Shown here one piece after another: positions 19,816 to 28,504 of a DNA stretch of 64,000 nt. The notes under the pieces are model-generated. The model saw nothing but the letters and a program-made list of their open reading frames with translations, did not search any database and had not been told where the DNA came from. The stretch spans positions 30,666-94,665 of the forward strand of contig CAWAGN010000016.1 in NCBI GenBank assembly GCA_963781545.1. Reading direction: 5' to 3'. The position numbers were made by a program, and so were the translations under genes. Source of the stretch: an uncultured Actinomycetota bacterium. Lineage in GTDB: Bacteria > Actinomycetota > Actinomycetes > Propionibacteriales > Nocardioidaceae. The stretch's first letter is position 1, and every line of letters begins with the position of its first letter.

Positions 19816-19825
19816 GACCCCCCTC

Positions 19826-19945
19826 GTCGAGATGCGCCTCCGGCGCCGTTCAGATGCGCCTCCGGCGCGGTCGAGAGGTGCCTCCGGCACGGCCGCATCG
19901 GGCCGCACGCGCATCTCAACGGGGCGCGGGGCGCATCTCAACGGG
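19826..19945. repeat. Composite 22-bp-period direct and inverted repeat (REP-like hairpin) after accD
   Basis: AGATGCGCCTCCGGCGC at 19830 and 19852, degenerate AGAGGTGCCTCCGGCAC at 19874, then inverted GCGCATCTCAAC at 19909 and 19931. Confidence 0.8.
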
Positions 19946-20179
19946 CATGGCGCTCAGCCGCGGTCTCGACGCCGCCGGCCGCCACGATCCACGCGTGAGA
20001 CGGGTCCGGTCCGTTCCCGGGCGCGTCGGGCGCGCTCGGCGCCGTCGGAGTACGCCGCCGCCCAGGCCGACACGTCGGGAGGCTCGCGGAACAGGTCCGC
20101 GACCGCCGCATGCCGTGCGCGGTGGCGGGGACGGGGTGCGAGCAGGGTGAGACCGGTCGCCTCGGGGGCCGGGTTCACC

Positions 20180-20683
20180 TCAGACGACCTGGTGGAGCCA
20201 GCGCACCGCGGCACCGTCACCGGCGTGCCGGAACGTCTCCAGCTCGTCGTCCCACGGCTTGCCGAGGAGCTTGTCGATCTCCAGCAGCAGCGTGGTGTCG
20301 CCGAGGGCGGCCTTCACCACCGCGGCCTTGAGCCGGTCCTCGGGGATCATGATGTCGCCGTGCAGGCCGGTCACGGCGTGGAAGATGCCGAGGTCGGGCG
20401 TGTAGGAGAACCGCGCCCCCTCGGTGCCACCGGTCGGCTCCTCGGTGATCTCGAAGCGCAGGTGGTTCCAGCCGCGCAGGGCGGAGGCGATGGCGGACGC
20501 GGTGCCGCTCTCCCCGACCCACGAGTACTCGGCGCGATGCGTCGCCGTCTGGGCCGGCTGCGCGGTCCAGTCGAAGCTCACGGACGTGCCGAGCACGCCA
20601 CCGACGGCCCACTCCACGTGCGGGCACAGCGCAGAGGGCGCCGAGTGGACGTACATGACTCCACGGGTCGCTGGACGCGTCAC
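20180..20683 (-). CDS. DUF3145 family protein
   Basis: GVMYVHSAPSALCPHVEWAVG...LRFEITEEP...G.RFSYTPDLGIF...W D.ELETFR; AGGAGG RBS; typical position next to the fab cluster. Confidence 0.9.
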   Translation of the reverse strand: MTRPATRGVMYVHSAPSALCPHVEWAVGGVLGTSVSFDWTAQPAQTATHRAEYSWVGESGTASAIASALRGWNHLRFEITEEPTGGTEGARFSYTPDLGIFHAVTGLHGDIMIPEDRLKAAVVKAALGDTTLLLEIDKLLGKPWDDELETFRHAGDGAAVRWLHQVV

Positions 20684-20879
20684 GATGACCTCCTGATATC
20701 TCCGGCGTCGAGGAACGCCTTCCCCAGCGGTCTCGATCGGGAGAGATCAGGTCACGTGTGACGGGTGTGCACTTGTGTGGTCCATTGTGGGGTACGACGT
20801 GCGCTCGCGCCAGCCCGACACCCGGATCCGTTTCCGCCGCGCCCGGGAGCGACGCCGACCTGCCGGCTCATCCGCTCGG

Positions 20880-21686
20880 TCACGCCGAGGCGCTGTGGCG
20901 TACGGCGGTGGGGTCGACGATGTTCGCCGGATCCCGTACGGCGCCGAGCAGCAGACCGTCGGCGACGACGGCAGGCCCGTCGACGACCGTGCCGAGCACG
21001 CAGGTGATGTTGTCGCGGCCGCCCCCGGCGAGCGCGGCGTCGAGCAGCCGGTCGACCGCGTCGTCGTCGTGGTGGCGGGACAGGATCTGCTCGATCCCAT
21101 CCTCGCTGACCAGGTCGGTCAGGCCGTCGCTGCAGATCAGCACCCGGTCGTCGAGCCGCAGCGCGAGCGGCAGCACGTCGGCACCCGTGGGGTCGTCGGC
21201 GTTGATCGTGCGCATCACGACGTTGCGCCACGGGTGCACCTGGGCCTCGGCCTCGGTGATCCGGCCCTCGTCGCGCATCTCCTGCACCCAGGTGTGGTCG
21301 GTGCTGAGCCGGGTCAGTCCGCCGTCACGGAACAGGTAGGCCCGGGAGTCACCGATGTGCGCCAGCGCGAACCGCTGGCCATCGGTCAGCAGGGCGGTCA
21401 GCGTGGTCGACATGCCCGTGAGCGACGGGTCGCGCAGCACACCTCGACGCACCTGGCGCTGGCTCTCGCCGACGGCCATGCCGAGCACGCTCGCCGGGCG
21501 CAGACCCACGCGGGCCAGCGCCGAGGCCGAGACGACGTAGGCGGTCGTGGCCGAGGCGACCTCGCCGGCCGCGTTGCCGCCGACCCCGTCGGCGACGAGC
21601 AGCAGGGTCGGCCCGACGAAACCGGAGTCCTCATTGCCGCTGCGGACCAGTCCGACGTGCGTGCGACCCGTGGCCGAGAAACGCAT
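20880..21686 (-). CDS. PP2C-family Ser/Thr protein phosphatase
   Basis: HVGLVRSGNEDS, VADGVGG, HIGDSRAY, CSDGL and GGRDNIT motifs; GGAGG RBS. Confidence 0.93.
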   Translation of the reverse strand: MRFSATGRTHVGLVRSGNEDSGFVGPTLLLVADGVGGNAAGEVASATTAYVVSASALARVGLRPASVLGMAVGESQRQVRRGVLRDPSLTGMSTTLTALLTDGQRFALAHIGDSRAYLFRDGGLTRLSTDHTWVQEMRDEGRITEAEAQVHPWRNVVMRTINADDPTGADVLPLALRLDDRVLICSDGLTDLVSEDGIEQILSRHHDDDAVDRLLDAALAGGGRDNITCVLGTVVDGPAVVADGLLLGAVRDPANIVDPTAVRHSASA

Positions 21687-21852
21687 CACGTGCACCACCT
21701 CCGTGGTCGTACCGGTGCCTGGTCGTCCTGTGTCTGTGTGCCCTGTCGAACGGCCGGACGGGGTGGGTTGGTTCCCCGATCCCGAGGTGCACCACCTTCC
21801 CACAGGACACCGACAGGAAGACAGACCTTGGTCGTCCGACACAATGGCGGAC

Positions 21853-23226
21853 ATGGAGTGGGTGCTGCTGGGCGTCTCGGTCGCCCTGATGCTCACGTGC
21901 GGGGTGTTCGGCGCGGCCGAGTACTCCCTCGTGACCGTCGACCGGGCGGCCGTCGAGCGCGCGGTGGCCGAGGGTGACCGCTCCGCCGAGGGCGTGCGGA
22001 TCGCGCTCAAGTCGCTCTCCACGCAGCTCTCCGGCGCCCAGGTCGGGGTCACCCTGACCAACCTGATCATCGGCTTCCTGGCCGAGCCGGCCATCGCGGA
22101 GCTGATCGACGGCCCGCTGGGCTCGACCGGCCTGCCCGGGCAGTGGGTGCCCGGCGTCGCGGTCGCGATCGGCCTGGTGCTGGCCACGATCGCCACCATG
22201 CTGTTCGGCGAGCTGGTGCCCAAGAAGATCGCCCTCGCCTCTCCCCTGTCCACCGCGCGCGCCACCCAACGCTTCCAGCGCACCTTCACCACCGTGATGA
22301 AGCTGCCGATCAAGGTGCTCAACGGCTCCGCCAACGCCGTCGTCAGGGCACTCGGCATCGAGCCGCAGGAGGAGCTCCGCTCGGCCCGCTCCTCCGACGA
22401 GCTGGCCTCCCTGGCGGGTCGATCGGCCTCGGAGGGCAAGCTCGACAGCGAGACCGCCCACCTGGTGCAGCGCTCGGTCGCGTTCGGGCCGCGCACCGCC
22501 GGGGAGATCATGACGCCGCGGGTGCAGATGGCCTGCGTCGACTCCTCCGACCCGGTCTCCGAGGTGATCGAGCTGTCCTCGGCCACCGGCTACTCGAAGT
22601 TCCCGGTGATCAAGGGCTCGACCGACCACATCGTCGGCTCGGTGCACGTCAAGCAGGCGGTCGCGGTCCCGCGTTCCGAGCGCGGCTCGACGCAGGTCCG
22701 TGAGGTGATGGTCGACGCGACCGTGGTGCCCGAGTCGCTCCGCCTCGACCCGCTGCTGCAGCTGCTGCGCGCCGAGGGCTTCCAGCTCGCGATCGTGTCC
22801 GACGAGTACGGCGGCACGGCCGGCGTGGTCACCCTCGAGGACGTGGTCGAGGAGATCGTGGGCGACATCGCCGACGAGCACGACCGCTACGGGTCCCGAC
22901 TGCGGCAACGTCCCGACGGCAGCTGGATCGTCTCCGGGCTGCTCCGGCCCGACGAGGTGCGCGACGCGACCGGTGTGGCCCTGCCGGAGCACGAGGACTA
23001 CGACACGGTGGCCGGACTGCTGGTGCGGGCGCTCGCCCGGATCCCCGAGCGGGGCGACCAGGTGGCCGTGCCGCTGCCGGTCGTGATCCCCGACGACGAC
23101 GACGAGGAGCCGGTGCAGGAGTTCGCGCAGCTCCGCGTGGTCCGCATGGACGGCCTCCGGGTCGATCGGCTGACGATCCGCAAGGTCGACGCCGACGCCA
23201 TCGCCCAGGCAGGGGACCCCGCATGA
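21853..23226 (+). CDS. CNNM/DUF21-CBS-CorC (hemolysin-family) Mg/Co transport protein 1
   Basis: FGAAEYSL, GAQVGVT, FGELVPK, CBS pair (YSKFPV; DEYGGTAGVVTLED..EEIVG) and CorC_HlyC tail; ATG lies 7 nt after CACAAT. Confidence 0.92.
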   Translation: MEWVLLGVSVALMLTCGVFGAAEYSLVTVDRAAVERAVAEGDRSAEGVRIALKSLSTQLSGAQVGVTLTNLIIGFLAEPAIAELIDGPLGSTGLPGQWVPGVAVAIGLVLATIATMLFGELVPKKIALASPLSTARATQRFQRTFTTVMKLPIKVLNGSANAVVRALGIEPQEELRSARSSDELASLAGRSASEGKLDSETAHLVQRSVAFGPRTAGEIMTPRVQMACVDSSDPVSEVIELSSATGYSKFPVIKGSTDHIVGSVHVKQAVAVPRSERGSTQVREVMVDATVVPESLRLDPLLQLLRAEGFQLAIVSDEYGGTAGVVTLEDVVEEIVGDIADEHDRYGSRLRQRPDGSWIVSGLLRPDEVRDATGVALPEHEDYDTVAGLLVRALARIPERGDQVAVPLPVVIPDDDDEEPVQEFAQLRVVRMDGLRVDRLTIRKVDADAIAQAGDPA

Positions 23227-23386
23227 ACACCCCACGAACCCACTCGCTGCGCTCGCGCTTCCGCGGAGACCCCGACATGGACACCCCACGAAACCACTCG
23301 CTGCGCTCGCACTTCCGCGGGGACCCCGCATGAACACCCCACGAAACCACTCGCTGCGCTCGCGCTTCCGCGGGGACCCCGCATGA
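23223..23386 (+). repeat. Three tandem MIRU-like units (54+53+53 bp) encoding coupled mini-ORFs of 36 aa (23223-23333) and 18 aa (23330-23386)
   Basis: Unit ATGAACACCCCACGAAACCACTCGCTGCGCTCGCGCTTCCGCGGGGACCCCGC. Peptides [36 protein letters not shown] and [18 protein letters not shown], all joined by ATGA overlaps. Confidence 0.92.
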
Positions 23387-24430
23387 GCACCCAGACCGCG
23401 ATCCTGGTCGGCGTCCTGCTGCTTGCGACCAACGCGTTCTTCGTCGGCGGCGAGTTCGCGCTCGTCTCGGCGCGTCGTACCAAGATCGAGCCGAAGGCCG
23501 CCGCCGGTTCCCGGATCGCGCGGACCACGCTGCGAGCGATGGACAACGTGTCCCAGGTGATGGCTGCCGTGCAGCTCGGGATCACGGTGGCGTCGCTGGC
23601 GCTCGGCGCGATCGCCGAACCGGCACTGGCGCACGTGGTCGAGCCTGCGTTCGACGCGGCCAACGTCCCCGAGGGGCTGCTGCACCCGGTGTCGTTCGCG
23701 CTCGCGCTGGCGATCGTGGTCTACCTGCACGTGGTGCTCGGCGAGATGGTGCCGAAGAACATCGCGCTGGCCGGTCCCGAGCGGGCCGCCCTGGTGCTGG
23801 GCCCGCCGATGATGGGGTTCGTGACGATCTTCAAGCCGATCGTGATCATGCTCAACGGCGCGGCCGACGGCGTCGTCCGACTCCTCCGGCTGGAGCCCGC
23901 CAGCGCCGTGGCCTCGACGTTCACCCGGGAGGAGGTCGAGGCCCTGGTCGACGAGTCCCGCCACGAAGGCCTGCTCGAGGAGGGCGAGTACCAGCGCCTC
24001 TCCGGAGCGCTCGGCTTCACCTCGCGACTGGTGTCCTCCGTGCTGCTGCCGATCAGTGCCCTGCAGACCGTGCGTCGCGGCGCTCGGGTCGGCGACGTGG
24101 AGAAGGTGTGCGCGACAACCGGCTACTCACGTTTCCCGGTGACCGCCGAGGACGACGAGCTGGTCGGCTACCTGCACATCAAGGACGTCCTCGAGACCGA
24201 TCCGCACGGGCGCGCACGCGTGGTCGAGGACAAGTGGATCCGCTCGTTCGCCAACGTGCGTCCCGACCGACACCCTGCAGACCGCGCTCGCGGTGCTGCA
24301 GGCCAAGGGCGCCCACATGGCGCGCGTGGTCGACGACGAGGGCACCCTGCTCGGCATCGTCACCCTCGAGGACGTGATCGAGGAGCTCGTCGGCGAGATC
24401 CGCGACGCCGCCCACGCCGACGGCCACTGA
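23383..24430 (+). CDS. CNNM/DUF21-CBS protein 2 with a +1 frameshift at about 24268
   Basis: [17 protein letters not shown] and GYSRFPV motifs. Removing one C in CCCGACCGAC restores [43 protein letters not shown]...GH* ending at 24430. Confidence 0.85.
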
Positions 24431-24433
24431 CCG

Positions 24434-24979
24434 CTACCGGGCGCGCAGCACGTGGAAGCCGTTGGCGACCGCGCGCACCCGCGGCAGCACCGTGCCCGGG
24501 TCGCTGTCCGCGGCCGCGAAGGTGCTCAACGTGAAGTTGCGTTCGCGTCCCTTGACCGTGATCAGCACGAACCGGAGCCGGACACCCTTCTTCGTGGTGG
24601 CCCTACCGAAGCTGGTGACCGCGCGCCGACCGTCGACCTTCTGCTTCTGGACCCGGACCAGGTCCACGGTGCGGTACGTCGAGCCGATCTTGGCCAGGAC
24701 CGCGGTGTTGGTGCCGGCCGGCGAGCCGCCCTTCGTCGGCGAGATCGTGACCAGCACCGTGTGGGCAGTGTCCTCGACCCGGGTGACCTTGCCGGTCCGC
24801 TTCGCCTTCATGCCCTCGGGGACCCGGATCGAGTAGCCGCCGGTCTTGTTGACCAGCAGCGAGGTGTCGAGCTCGACCGGCCGGTCGTCGTCCTTCTGCA
24901 GGGTCAGCCAGAGCAGCCAGCCGGCGACGAGCAGGGCGACGGCACCGACGATCGCGGGCCCGCTGACCCGTGCAGCCAT
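24434..24979 (-). CDS. Membrane-anchored extracytoplasmic hypothetical protein (PsbP/DUF1795-like pattern)
   Basis: N-terminal TM AIVGAVALLVAGWLLWL, then GGYSIRVPEG and a beta-rich basic domain. Confidence 0.6.
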   Translation of the reverse strand: MAARVSGPAIVGAVALLVAGWLLWLTLQKDDDRPVELDTSLLVNKTGGYSIRVPEGMKAKRTGKVTRVEDTAHTVLVTISPTKGGSPAGTNTAVLAKIGSTYRTVDLVRVQKQKVDGRRAVTSFGRATTKKGVRLRFVLITVKGRERNFTLSTFAAADSDPGTVLPRVRAVANGFHVLRAR

Positions 24980-25026
24980 GCCACCGCCTTCCCCATCCGC
25001 CGTCGCGCCCGGTCGGGACGCCAGGG

Positions 25027-26328
25027 TCAGACTGTCATGCGTCGGCGGTCCCACGCCGTCGCCACGGCACCCAGGCCGAACAGCGCCAGCCCGATCCCGA
25101 GCAGCCCGGACCACACGCCGCCGGTGTTCGGCAGCACGCCGTCGTCCACCTGGGTCACCGGACGCGGGTGCGCGGGACTCGTCGGGTTGTCCGGGCTGTT
25201 CGGGTTGCTCGGCGGCAGCACGACCGCCTCGCCGCCGTCGTCGTGCACCAGCGTCTCGGTGTGCGCGAAGTTGGCGAGCAGGTTCTGGTCGAAACCCATC
25301 GCGTCGAGTGCGGTCTGCGAGGTGCCGACCACGTTGTCACCGAAGTAGGTCTCGCCCTGGTTGCCGAACACGCAGAGCAGCGTCGGCGGGGTGGTCGGGT
25401 GGGTGCAGTCGACCTCGCCGCCCGGGACCGGCTCCGGCACCGCGATCGCGAACGCGTCGTTGGGCGCACCCGCGGCGTTGCCGGCCAGCGAGAAGTTCAG
25501 CACCTGCGAGGAGCGGGAGGCACTGCCGTCGGAGTCGGAGTGACCGTAGGAGGAGATCGCGTCGGCCGTCACGGTGCAGGCGTCGCCCTCACGCTGCACG
25601 CAGACGTTGGCGAGGCCGCTCTGGGCGGTGCCCGTCGTACGGCCGGACTGCTGGTTGCGGTGCGCACTCGACCTGCTGGCCGCGAGGTCGACCGTGGCGC
25701 CGCCGTCGCACGTCTCTCCGGTGTTGTCGATGCCGCCGAGGCAGAGGTTGGCGAGCCCGCTCTGGCTCCTGGAGTCGGACGTGGTGCCGTTGTCGTCGGC
25801 CCAGGCGTCGGAGTAGAGCAGGTCGAGGCACAGGGCGCCGTCGCTCTGCTCGCACACGGGGATCTCCGGGGCGCCGCCGTGGCTGGACGTCGGGCCGCCG
25901 TCGGACTTCGCATGGGCACCGACGATCTCCTGGCCACCGACCGCGAGGAGCGTGGAGTCGGCCTCGGTCGAGTCGTCGTCCTTGACCGTCGCCTTGTCGC
26001 TGCCGACACCGAGGACGTCCTGGCCACCGACCGTGACGTGGCCGACCTGCGAGGACGCGTGGTCGGGCGAGGTGGGGTTCGTCGTCTCGTGGTTGGGCGA
26101 GTCGTCGTCGGAGACCGGCGGGTCGGGCGCGTCCTTGGACGGCACGGTCGTGCCGGCGCTCTTCTTGGCGGTCGCGTCCTGCACCGACTTCTTGACCTGG
26201 TTGACCACGTTGCCTAGCGGGTTGCCGAGCGGGTCGGTGCCGTCGGCATGTGCCGGCCCCGCCCCCATCAGCATCAGTCCGGTCACCGAAACGGCCGCGA
26301 ATCCGGCCCTCATCGAGCGTGTGCGCAT
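25027..26328 (-). CDS. Secreted Cys-rich protein with LPXTG sortase cell-wall anchor
   Basis: Signal peptide ending AHA-D; eight Cys; internal repeat QSGLANLCL / QSGLANVCV; C-terminal LPNTG, TM and RRR tail. Confidence 0.82.
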   Translation of the reverse strand: MRTRSMRAGFAAVSVTGLMLMGAGPAHADGTDPLGNPLGNVVNQVKKSVQDATAKKSAGTTVPSKDAPDPPVSDDDSPNHETTNPTSPDHASSQVGHVTVGGQDVLGVGSDKATVKDDDSTEADSTLLAVGGQEIVGAHAKSDGGPTSSHGGAPEIPVCEQSDGALCLDLLYSDAWADDNGTTSDSRSQSGLANLCLGGIDNTGETCDGGATVDLAASRSSAHRNQQSGRTTGTAQSGLANVCVQREGDACTVTADAISSYGHSDSDGSASRSSQVLNFSLAGNAAGAPNDAFAIAVPEPVPGGEVDCTHPTTPPTLLCVFGNQGETYFGDNVVGTSQTALDAMGFDQNLLANFAHTETLVHDDGGEAVVLPPSNPNSPDNPTSPAHPRPVTQVDDGVLPNTGGVWSGLLGIGLALFGLGAVATAWDRRRMTV

Positions 26329-26402
26329 CGTCGACTCACCTTCCCTCTCGTGATTACCAACGAGTAAGGACGAAAAGGGCTACGCGCCCTGGGAGAGGTA
26401 CT

Positions 26403-26648
26403 TCAGGCCCCGTGCCCGCGGTTGCCGAGGATCGCGGCGGTCGGCGGGATCAGGGCGGCAACCGCGCTCATCGCGACGGCAGCGGGCACGGACCAGAAGC
26501 GCACGACGTTCCAGGCGAGGACGATCAGCACCACGCACACCCCCATCAGCCAGAAGTAGACCCGCTTGCGGGTGCGCTGGTCGGGCTCGGACCGCCGTTC
26601 GTCGGGAGGGCGGAGGTCCGGCGGGAGCTGGTGCCTGCGCTCACGCAC
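26403..26648 (-). CDS. DUF3099-like small membrane protein
   Basis: RKRVYFWLMGVCVVLIVLAW...AALIPPTAAILGN pattern; start overlaps the upstream gene end. Confidence 0.7.
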   Translation of the reverse strand: MRERRHQLPPDLRPPDERRSEPDQRTRKRVYFWLMGVCVVLIVLAWNVVRFWSVPAAVAMSAVAALIPPTAAILGNRGHGA

Positions 26649-27150
26649 CGCGGTCGATCAGCCCCCGGAGGTACTGCGCCTGCCCGATGTGGCGCGCCGC
26701 GTCGTCGAGCACACTGACCAGCCGCACCCCGAGCGTGACCGGCGGGTCCCAGCGGTCGTCGACGATACGCTCGAGACCGGTCACGGTGGCGAGGTACGAC
26801 GCCGCCTGCTCCTGGACCGCACGGTGGTACGCCGCGAGCGCACCGACGTCGGCGAACCGGACCTTGGCGACCTGGGCGGCGTCGTGGCCATAACCCGTGT
26901 CGCCGGCGGGCAGGTCGAGACCGAGCCGCTCGTCGTACCCACCGGCGGTGAGGACCTGCTCCTCCCCCGTCAGCCCCGCGAGGTGGTCGTCGATCACGCG
27001 GGTCAGGTGCCAGACCAGCCATCCCACGGAGTTGGCCTCCGGGCCGGGGCGCCAGGCAGCCCGGTCCGTGTCCAGGCCGTCGAGGACGTCGGGCACGGAC
27101 TGCGCGATCCGGTCGAAGCCGTCCAGCAGGAGGTCGTTGGCAGCACCCAT
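26641..27150 (-). CDS. DinB/DUF664 family (putative mycothiol transferase)
   Basis: ANSVGWLVWHLTRVIDDH and TLGVRLVSVLDDAARHIGQAQY His-triad motifs; ATG lies 6 nt after TAACGT. Confidence 0.85.
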   Translation of the reverse strand: MGAANDLLLDGFDRIAQSVPDVLDGLDTDRAAWRPGPEANSVGWLVWHLTRVIDDHLAGLTGEEQVLTAGGYDERLGLDLPAGDTGYGHDAAQVAKVRFADVGALAAYHRAVQEQAASYLATVTGLERIVDDRWDPPVTLGVRLVSVLDDAARHIGQAQYLRGLIDRGA

Positions 27151-27184
27151 GCCCGAACGTTAACGCGCCCCGCCGACGTGTCGG

Positions 27185-27433
27185 CTACTTGCTGGGCTCG
27201 GGGACGTTGACGTTGCAGTCCTTGACCTTCGGGTTCAGGCCCACGTAGTTCAGCGGCCCGGCGATGATCGTCACGATGATCGTGCCGGTCTTCGCGCAGT
27301 TGTTGTCGCCACCGCTGAAGTAGTCGCGCTGGAACGCTGCGAGCGCCCCGATGAGCAGCCAGATCACCACGAGCAGGCCGATCAGGCGGGAGATGCCGCC
27401 TCCGCGGCGGCGGCGCACTTCGACGTCGGACAT
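27185..27433 (-). CDS. Small conserved membrane hypothetical protein
   Basis: LIGLLVVIWLLIGALAAFQRDYF...C...AGPLNYVGLNPKV.C; AGGA RBS. Confidence 0.7.
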   Translation of the reverse strand: MSDVEVRRRRGGGISRLIGLLVVIWLLIGALAAFQRDYFSGGDNNCAKTGTIIVTIIAGPLNYVGLNPKVKDCNVNVPEPSK

Positions 27434-27537
27434 GACCTCACATCCTTTCCCTCCGTGATCCGGAGGTGATCGGGATCAGGATGCCGTACGACGAGCCGGC
27501 CGCCTAGGCCCGAAGGGGTAGCCGATCCGTCGCCGGA

Positions 27538-28176
27538 TCACCAGTCCCGGTCGCCGCGCGCGACCCTGCTGGATCGCTTGACGAAGCCGTGGTCCACGCC
27601 CCACAGGACAGCGTGACTGCGTGAGTCCACCCCCATCTTGCGGTAGGCGGAGCGGATGTAGGACTTCACGGTGTTGATGCTCAGGTACAACCGCTCGGCG
27701 ATCTCCTCGTTGCGCATGCCCTGGGTGATCAGCGCGACGATCTCGGCCTCCCTCTCGGTGAGACCGATCGTCTGGGCGGGCCAGACGCCGGGCGACTCGG
27801 CGTTCGGGGGGCCTCCGACCATCAAGATCTCGCCGTCCCGGATCCGCTCCAGTGCGGCGACCAGCTCTTCGGAGATCAGCGCCTTCGAGAGCACTGCGTC
27901 GGCGCCGTTCGCCCGGGCGGCGGTCATGAACTCGTTGGAGGTGTGCGCCGTGTAGAGCACCAGGTGCTGGGCCTTCACGTCCGGCCCGAACGCAAGGTCG
28001 GTCGCGAAGGTGTCGTACAGCGCGATGTCAGCCGGTGCGCGACTGGGCCCTGAGGCGGTGAGCTCGACGATCCGGACCCGACCCTCGAACGGTTCGAGCA
28101 TCCGGGCGAGGCCCCGGACCACCACCTCGTAGTCGTTGACGAGGGCCAGGGTGACGGGCGACGGGTTGAGGGACAT
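27538..28176 (-). CDS. Orphan LuxR/NarL-family response regulator
   Basis: Receiver (ALVNDY, ALYDTF, LYT, LSK) plus HTH LTEREAEIVALITQGMRNEEIAERLYLSINTVKSY. Confidence 0.88.
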   Translation of the reverse strand: MSLNPSPVTLALVNDYEVVVRGLARMLEPFEGRVRIVELTASGPSRAPADIALYDTFATDLAFGPDVKAQHLVLYTAHTSNEFMTAARANGADAVLSKALISEELVAALERIRDGEILMVGGPPNAESPGVWPAQTIGLTEREAEIVALITQGMRNEEIAERLYLSINTVKSYIRSAYRKMGVDSRSHAVLWGVDHGFVKRSSRVARGDRDW

Positions 28177-28504
28177 CAGCTGAACTCCTTGTCTCGTGTG
28201 ACACCCGAGATGCTGGGAACGCTGGGAGGGACCTGGCCCCCGGTGGACCCCTGCGGCCCGGGTTCTGGAGACCCTCATGTCCTTCGCGACAGGGCTGGTA
28301 CCCGGGTGGTGAGCCGACGAAACACGCGGGACGCCACCTTTTTCCCACCCGCCGACCAGGGTCGGATCCGGGCTCGCGGACCGCCGCGCGGACAGGTGCC
28401 GACCGGGCGCGCCCGCCTGATGTAAATGTCCGATTTCGACCAGACAGGGCGAGACTCATCTACTGTCGTCGGACAGGGTTCTGACTACTTCCACGGGGGC
28501 AATC

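Noticed and set aside
19954-20220. 88-aa ORF downstream of DUF3145
   Set aside because: Low-complexity Arg/Ala sequence with no motif; it overlaps DUF3145 unless started at a weak GTG near 20178. Not supportable.
20705-20735. CTGGGGAAGG resembles the cobalamin riboswitch B12 box
   Set aside because: The rest of the riboswitch core (GGGAA..CGGTG..A.TCCG, ACTG) is absent.
23223-23386. CRISPR array
   Set aside because: Units are directly adjacent near-identical 53-54 bp repeats with no unique spacers, and there are no cas genes in the window.
28177-28504. c-di-GMP or c-di-AMP riboswitch upstream of the GGDEF-EAL gene
   Set aside because: The GEMM (GGCAAA..GACGCAAA) and ydaO consensus elements are not present.
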